In this document: positions 15,497-20,000 of the stretch, piece after piece
How positions within the stretch are numbered: the first letter of the stretch is position 1
Layout of the letters: each line of letters starts with the position of its first letter
Virus record (IMG/VR): IMGVR_UViG_3300017751_000007
DNA from: an uncultured virus (IMG/VR IMGVR_UViG_3300017751_000007)
Lineage: Duplodnaviria > Heunggongvirae > Uroviricota > Caudoviricetes
Length of the DNA: 20,000 bases
Reading direction: 5' to 3' (one strand)
Program-made: the position numbers and the translations under genes
The notes under the pieces: model-generated
Databases searched by the model: none
What the model was told of the DNA's origin: nothing
Seen by the model: the letters and a program-made list of their open reading frames with translations, nothing else

Positions 15497-16343
15497 GTTG
15501 TAACCTGTTTGTGGCTTCATAAGCCTCGCCTGTTTTAAATTCGTTTTCTGTAAATTGACATGCTAGTAAACTATACTGCCATAACATAATCTCATCTTCT
15601 GTAGGATAATATAATTCTTCTATATCTGCAATAGTGGTACTTGAAACTGGTTTTGCTTGTGAAATAGGATCCACAATACAAGGTATACCAGATAAAATTG
15701 CCTCTATAGCAACTGTAGATTGGAAAGCAACAACACAATATGCGTTCTTTAAACTTTCTTGTAAAGGTATGTCTGTATCTTTATATCTAATTCTAATTAC
15801 TTTATCTGTAAATGCTCTAATATCTCTTTGTGTTTTTTCTAACCAATATGGTACATCAAAACCATATACTCTGGCAATGGCCTCTGTAGGTGGTATAATT
15901 AATATTTCACTACCTTGTTTAACAAATTCTTTGGGTCTTTTTGGCTCACCATACTTCTTAATTCTTTTCCAATCTTCATCTTCTAACATCACATTATAAT
16001 TAAGTTGTAATTGACTTCGTATCATTCTATACAATCTACCATGTGGACCAGGTACATAATTTCTTGTAGCGTGAAAGTATGCATGGTCCAAATAATAAAA
16101 TGTATGTTTTCTTTGCATTGCAAGTTGTATTAATTCATGTGTACCTCTTAATGTACCTATAACTGCAATAGGATTTTTAGTCCACTCACGTTTATTAAAC
16201 GTAGGCCAAAATGCATTATCAAATGGTTTAATCTTTTCGTTTCTACCTAATTCTGGTTGATGTATGATACCATTCTGACTAGTAGCCAAGTTCAATAAGA
16301 ATTTATCTTTACCTACACCTGTTAAAAAACACTCAATACTCAT
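15480..16343 (-). CDS. capsule-synthesis/KpsS-like glycosyltransferase paralog 1
   Basis: YYLDHAYF, ILIIPPT, IRIRYK, CVVAFQSTVAIEAILSGIP, CQFTENEF. Confidence 0.65.
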   Translation of the reverse strand: MSIECFLTGVGKDKFLLNLATSQNGIIHQPELGRNEKIKPFDNAFWPTFNKREWTKNPIAVIGTLRGTHELIQLAMQRKHTFYYLDHAYFHATRNYVPGPHGRLYRMIRSQLQLNYNVMLEDEDWKRIKKYGEPKRPKEFVKQGSEILIIPPTEAIARVYGFDVPYWLEKTQRDIRAFTDKVIRIRYKDTDIPLQESLKNAYCVVAFQSTVAIEAILSGIPCIVDPISQAKPVSSTTIADIEELYYPTEDEIMLWQYSLLACQFTENEFKTGEAYEATNRLQHDNWI

Positions 16344-17017
16344 TTTTTAATCTGTACCGTTCCTGATTCAAAATAATATTCAAACCACTCTTTTGCATAA
16401 TCAACATTTTCATAATCTTTAAACCAAGGACCACCCTCTGTAAAGTGTATATTCTTTGCTTCAGGATTATATTCATATTCGCCTACTAACCAGTTCCAAG
16501 TTTTATCTATAGAACCAATTAAGTCATCACTCTCTAACCATTTGAATTGATGTAACTCTAAACCACTTGCTTTGTTTACATAGTCTGGTGTTAGTTGTGT
16601 ACACTTCTTACAGTTCATCAACATGACACTAGACCAATTCTTTTTATCGTATGCTGTCTGTGTTTGACCTAAAAACTTTTTGTTATGTTTTGGTACGTAA
16701 TTATGTTTGACTACTTGTACGGCATACTTGTCGTCTCTCTGTCGCCATAGTTCGTTAATATCAGTTCTCATTAACATATCACAATCCATGAATACTGCCC
16801 AACCTTGGTAATTCATCAAATGTGGTATAATAAATCTACTGAAACTAAACTCTGTAGAAGATAAACTATTACGTTCTCTTACAAAGTCATCTTTAATATT
16901 GTTTAAAGCAATTGGTGTAATTGCAACTGGTTTTGTACTATTCTGTAAAATACTATACGTTAGTGTAGAAAAGGCTGCCTTTTCTTTACTATCATAACCA
17001 ATAAAAATGTTTATCAT
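16340..17017 (-). CDS. nucleotide-diphospho-sugar transferase (CDI-like, GT8-related)
   Basis: IFIGYDSKE, STEFSFSRF, FMDCDML (DxD), KNWSSVMLMNC, IHFTEGGPW. Confidence 0.85.
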   Translation of the reverse strand: MINIFIGYDSKEKAAFSTLTYSILQNSTKPVAITPIALNNIKDDFVRERNSLSSTEFSFSRFIIPHLMNYQGWAVFMDCDMLMRTDINELWRQRDDKYAVQVVKHNYVPKHNKKFLGQTQTAYDKKNWSSVMLMNCKKCTQLTPDYVNKASGLELHQFKWLESDDLIGSIDKTWNWLVGEYEYNPEAKNIHFTEGGPWFKDYENVDYAKEWFEYYFESGTVQIKK

Positions 17018-17745
17018 TAAAATCGCCTTTCTGGACTTCTCAATAATTTCTTACGTTTAGGACCTTTAATGTGGTCATAAACAGGTCCTAATATAGACCT
17101 TGCTTGTACGTGACCTGGTTTACCATCGCCAATACTATAATTTTTACAACCATGTATCTCTTCTGTTTGTTTTCGTACATAATCCCATACGAAACTATCA
17201 TGGCACTCTTTTAGTTTATAAACTGTATCTGTGTTGTACATTTCTTTCATACGAACAGCAAACTCAAAAGTATTTTCATGGTTTCTGTTGAAGTATAGGA
17301 AACCACATTCACTGTAAAGATTACCTCTACCAAGATAAGTCATAAAACTTTCTTTTCTGTGTATATGTTTTTCAATCCATTCTTCGTCTATCCTCTTGTT
17401 AAAGATACTATCTGCGTCAATACAGATTAAACCATCATAGTCTTCACTTGTAATAATTTCATTGCAATATGCATATACTTTGTAACTAAATCTAACTGCG
17501 TCATGTAGATAACCTTGTGGTGTATCTGAAACTGGTCTATCTTTGTTTCGTTCAACGAATTCTTTTAACTCTGGTATCTCATCAAATGATGAACGTACTA
17601 CTAGACCTTTCATGTTTGGTATATCTAACATGTCTTCACTGTAAACAATCAAATCAAAAGGCCAATTATAAGTCTCAAAAAACTTATGTCCGTATTCTTT
17701 ATATAATTTTTTACTTAATGTTGTAACTACACCTATTCTTAACAT
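17017..17745 (-). CDS. GT-A-like nucleotide-diphospho-sugar transferase
   Basis: AVRFSYKVYA, IDADS (DxD), SECGF, HDSFVWD, HIKG. Confidence 0.7.
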   Translation of the reverse strand: MLRIGVVTTLSKKLYKEYGHKFFETYNWPFDLIVYSEDMLDIPNMKGLVVRSSFDEIPELKEFVERNKDRPVSDTPQGYLHDAVRFSYKVYAYCNEIITSEDYDGLICIDADSIFNKRIDEEWIEKHIHRKESFMTYLGRGNLYSECGFLYFNRNHENTFEFAVRMKEMYNTDTVYKLKECHDSFVWDYVRKQTEEIHGCKNYSIGDGKPGHVQARSILGPVYDHIKGPKRKKLLRSPERRF

Positions 17746-18440
17746 TTCTGGAATACGGCCTCCTTCCGTAGTTGACCTTTCTTTTCGTATCCATATTCTT
17801 TTAGAATATCTACGATAGTATCATGTTCTTTCTTTTCTGCTTCGTAAGTTTTTCTACCAGGACTCATAGGTAGTTCTAATACTAATGTAACATCATTGTT
17901 ACGTAACATCTGTTCAGCACCTAATACAACGTTTCTTTCGTTACCTTGTACATCTACTTTCATAAAACCAATATTTGTAAAGTTATAGTCGTCAATTGCA
18001 ACTACATCAACTGTTATTTTAGAAAGTTGTTCTTGTTCTAATTTTCTTAAACTATTACCTGTTTGTACACCCCATTCATTAAGACTTACATTACCACACT
18101 CGTCTGGTGATGAAAATAAATCTACTCTACCAGCTCTCTTATCTGATACTGCAACTGAATATAGTGTGTAATTTGTTTCTTTCATATTAGTCTTAAATGC
18201 TAATATGTTATCTGGATGTGGTTCAAATGCATGAACGAATTTAAATTTATTTGCAAGGTCTCTTGACCAGAAACCAATATTACCACCAACATCAATACAT
18301 TCTTTAGTAAAGTCTTTTACATATGCTAAACTAAAATCTCTTGTATCTTTTTGATATTCCCATTTACCATCATATTCTTTCAACATTGCTTCATAATGTC
18401 TATCCCAATCTGGCAAATGCCAACCTTTAATTACGTTCAT
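17739..18440 (-). CDS. FkbM-family SAM-dependent methyltransferase
   Basis: IDVGGNIG, VHAFEP, FMKVDVQGNE; start MNVIK behind GGAG SD. Confidence 0.88.
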   Translation of the reverse strand: MNVIKGWHLPDWDRHYEAMLKEYDGKWEYQKDTRDFSLAYVKDFTKECIDVGGNIGFWSRDLANKFKFVHAFEPHPDNILAFKTNMKETNYTLYSVAVSDKRAGRVDLFSSPDECGNVSLNEWGVQTGNSLRKLEQEQLSKITVDVVAIDDYNFTNIGFMKVDVQGNERNVVLGAEQMLRNNDVTLVLELPMSPGRKTYEAEKKEHDTIVDILKEYGYEKKGQLRKEAVFQKC

Positions 18441-18984
18441 TATCTTCTCCACATTTCGCTATGTAATAACTGTCAACAATATCTGATAGTGGATTGCCCA
18501 CCTTTTCGGTATCAAATATTTTCTTCAAGTCAATTTTCAAATCTTTCACAAATGCCTCATACATTTTGTCTTTATCAGCATTACCTTTTCCTGTTGCAAA
18601 TTTCTTTACAACACTAGGAACAATAACACTGTATGGTATATTTAGTTCTTCTAATCTGTACTTTAAAATGCCACAATTCTCGGCAATTTGAAATACACCT
18701 CGGCCTTTTGAACCAAAAGAATAACCCTCAATGTAAACATGAGGATTATAAGTTGACTGGATTACTTTGATTGCGAAATCTGATATATTTTTGAATCTTT
18801 CTATATCAGTTTTATATTCTTTATGTAACTCACCAACAATTGTATCGTTCATTGTCATTGCCCATTTCTTTTTACCTGTGAGGTAAAAGAACATCAATGC
18901 TCCATTATCAATACTAATAGCAGGACTTGTTAAACTGTAATCAATCCCAATTATCGTCTTCTCTGTCGTGTCCGTCTGCGTCAT
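18427..18984 (-). CDS. RuvC-like nuclease / Holliday junction resolvase
   Basis: IIGIDYS, VYIEGYSFGS, VKKFATGKGNADK, SDIVDSYYI (D/E/D..D catalytic set); start MTQTD behind GAGG. Confidence 0.8.
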   Translation of the reverse strand: MTQTDTTEKTIIGIDYSLTSPAISIDNGALMFFYLTGKKKWAMTMNDTIVGELHKEYKTDIERFKNISDFAIKVIQSTYNPHVYIEGYSFGSKGRGVFQIAENCGILKYRLEELNIPYSVIVPSVVKKFATGKGNADKDKMYEAFVKDLKIDLKKIFDTEKVGNPLSDIVDSYYIAKCGEDNERN

Positions 18985-19132
18985 TCGGTATTTCCTCAAT
19001 AATCTCTTCTTGTTCTTCAACTTCCCAACCACAAAAAGGACACGTCATTGGTTCTAAATCTTGTTCATCTAAATCCCACGTCACGGTGTATTTTGTATCA
19101 CAATTCGTACAATGTTTTGTTGCTTTTTCCAT
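18941..19132 (-). CDS. small zinc-ribbon protein with acidic tail
   Basis: CTNC...CPFCG; TAATG coupling to nrdB. Confidence 0.8.
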   Translation of the reverse strand: MEKATKHCTNCDTKYTVTWDLDEQDLEPMTCPFCGWEVEEQEEIIEEIPNDADGHDREDDNWD

Positions 19133-20000
19133 TATAATTTAAATTTCTTAAATTGGTCTTTTTCTACATCTTGTTTAATACCACCAATTACATAAGACTC
19201 AATCTCTGTTTCTTGTGGTGCATTTTGTGTACCCTTTGAATTCAGCCAGTGGTCTACCCATGGTAGTGGATTTGTTTTTTGGTCGTATTTTGGTGTCAGG
19301 CCGATTGCTTTCATTCTGCGATTTGCCATATATTCTACAAACTGGTGTAACAGTTTTTCTGATAAACCAATCATACTTCCTTTGGAAAATAGATATGTTG
19401 CCCAACGTTTCTCTTCCTCTACTGCTTCGTCATACATTGTCTCAACTTCTTTTGCTGTGTCTTTAATGACCTTTAGCATGACTTTATCGTTTTCTACTTC
19501 TCTGTAGTTATTAATAATTCTTTGTGACATTGCTAAGTGTTGTGATTCGTCTCTTGCAATAAAAGAAATAATCTTAGCACTACCTTCAAGTAGTTTTAAT
19601 TCACCAAATGCAAATGAACAAGCAAATGATACATAGAAACGTAAACCCTCTAAAATGTTTACAGTGACCAATGCTTTCCATAATTTCTTTTTAAGTTCAT
19701 ATTCTGTCACTGACTTATTATCTAAATGCCACTTATAACCTGACGCAATTAGGTCATCATAAGTTTCTGTAATAGTTTGTGCTCTTTTCTGAATTTTCTC
19801 ATCACCAATAATAGTATCAAATACTTCACCTGGTTGTGAGTATAAGTTTTTAATGATGTATGTATATGAACGTGAATGAATAGTCTCAATAAAATCCCAT
19901 GTTACAATACAACCCTCTATTTCAGGTAATGATACAAAAGGTAAAAATGCCAAACATGGACCTCTACCTTGTACACTATCTAACATAGTCTGATATTTTA
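19132..20000 (-). CDS. nrdB: ribonucleotide reductase class Ia beta subunit (5' part outside window)
   Basis: LDSVQGR, ETIHSRSY, LEGLRFYVSF, RDESQH, APQETEIESY; frame open to window edge. Confidence 0.97.
   Translation of the reverse strand, partial: KYQTMLDSVQGRGPCLAFLPFVSLPEIEGCIVTWDFIETIHSRSYTYIIKNLYSQPGEVFDTIIGDEKIQKRAQTITETYDDLIASGYKWHLDNKSVTEYELKKKLWKALVTVNILEGLRFYVSFACSFAFGELKLLEGSAKIISFIARDESQHLAMSQRIINNYREVENDKVMLKVIKDTAKEVETMYDEAVEEEKRWATYLFSKGSMIGLSEKLLHQFVEYMANRRMKAIGLTPKYDQKTNPLPWVDHWLNSKGTQNAPQETEIESYVIGGIKQDVEKDQFKKFKL

Noticed and set aside
18427..18984. RuvC-like protein as TnpB/Cas12-type RNA-guided nuclease
   Set aside because: Compact ~185 aa uninterrupted RuvC, with no adjacent array, non-coding space or transposon ends
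19199..19405. Alternative-frame minus ORF inside nrdB
   Set aside because: Fully nested in a conserved gene; no supporting features
1477..19466. Numerous plus-strand ORFs (e.g. 1477..1962, 4196..4711, 8366..8689, 15634..15999)
   Set aside because: Antisense shadows of well-supported minus-strand genes; no recognisable motifs
19132..20000. Intron/intein or homing endonuclease in nrdB
   Set aside because: The visible part is continuous, with motifs at normal spacing
1..20000. CRISPR array, tRNA genes, stop-codon recoding, or cellular origin
   Set aside because: No repeat-spacer pattern or cloverleaf seen; genes tile fully under the standard code using TAA, TGA and TAG; late promoter and gene content are T4-like phage

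Overview
AT-rich, gene-dense segment of a T4-like myovirus genome, most similar in style to marine alphaproteobacterial (SAR11/HTVC008M-like) myophages; the host assignment is inference. Essentially all genes are on the minus strand, many joined by TAATG/ATGA overlaps. Reading right to left in the direction of transcription: (1) partial nrdB, a Zn-ribbon protein and a RuvC-like nuclease; (2) a ~6.6 kb glycan-modification island (FkbM methyltransferase, three GT-A-like transferases, three tandem KpsS/Capsule_synth-like paralogs, a short UDP-glucose dehydrogenase, a 3-TM membrane protein); (3) small early-type hypothetical genes behind sigma70-like promoters, including DUF3310; (4) a secreted/lipoprotein cluster and glutaredoxin; (5) a winged-helix-like protein flanked by structured RNA; (6) a glucosaminidase (candidate lysin), a membrane coiled-coil protein, a DenV-like glycosylase and a partial NAD-dependent epimerase. 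The most interesting unexplained signal is a three-way-junction RNA (4734-4810) just upstream of a TATAAATA late promoter. It carries a sequence complementary to the RBS/start codon of the glucosaminidase gene. An alphaproteobacterial LexA-type box upstream of a phage promoter is also present. Family calls come from motif recognition by eye; no searches or folding programs were run.
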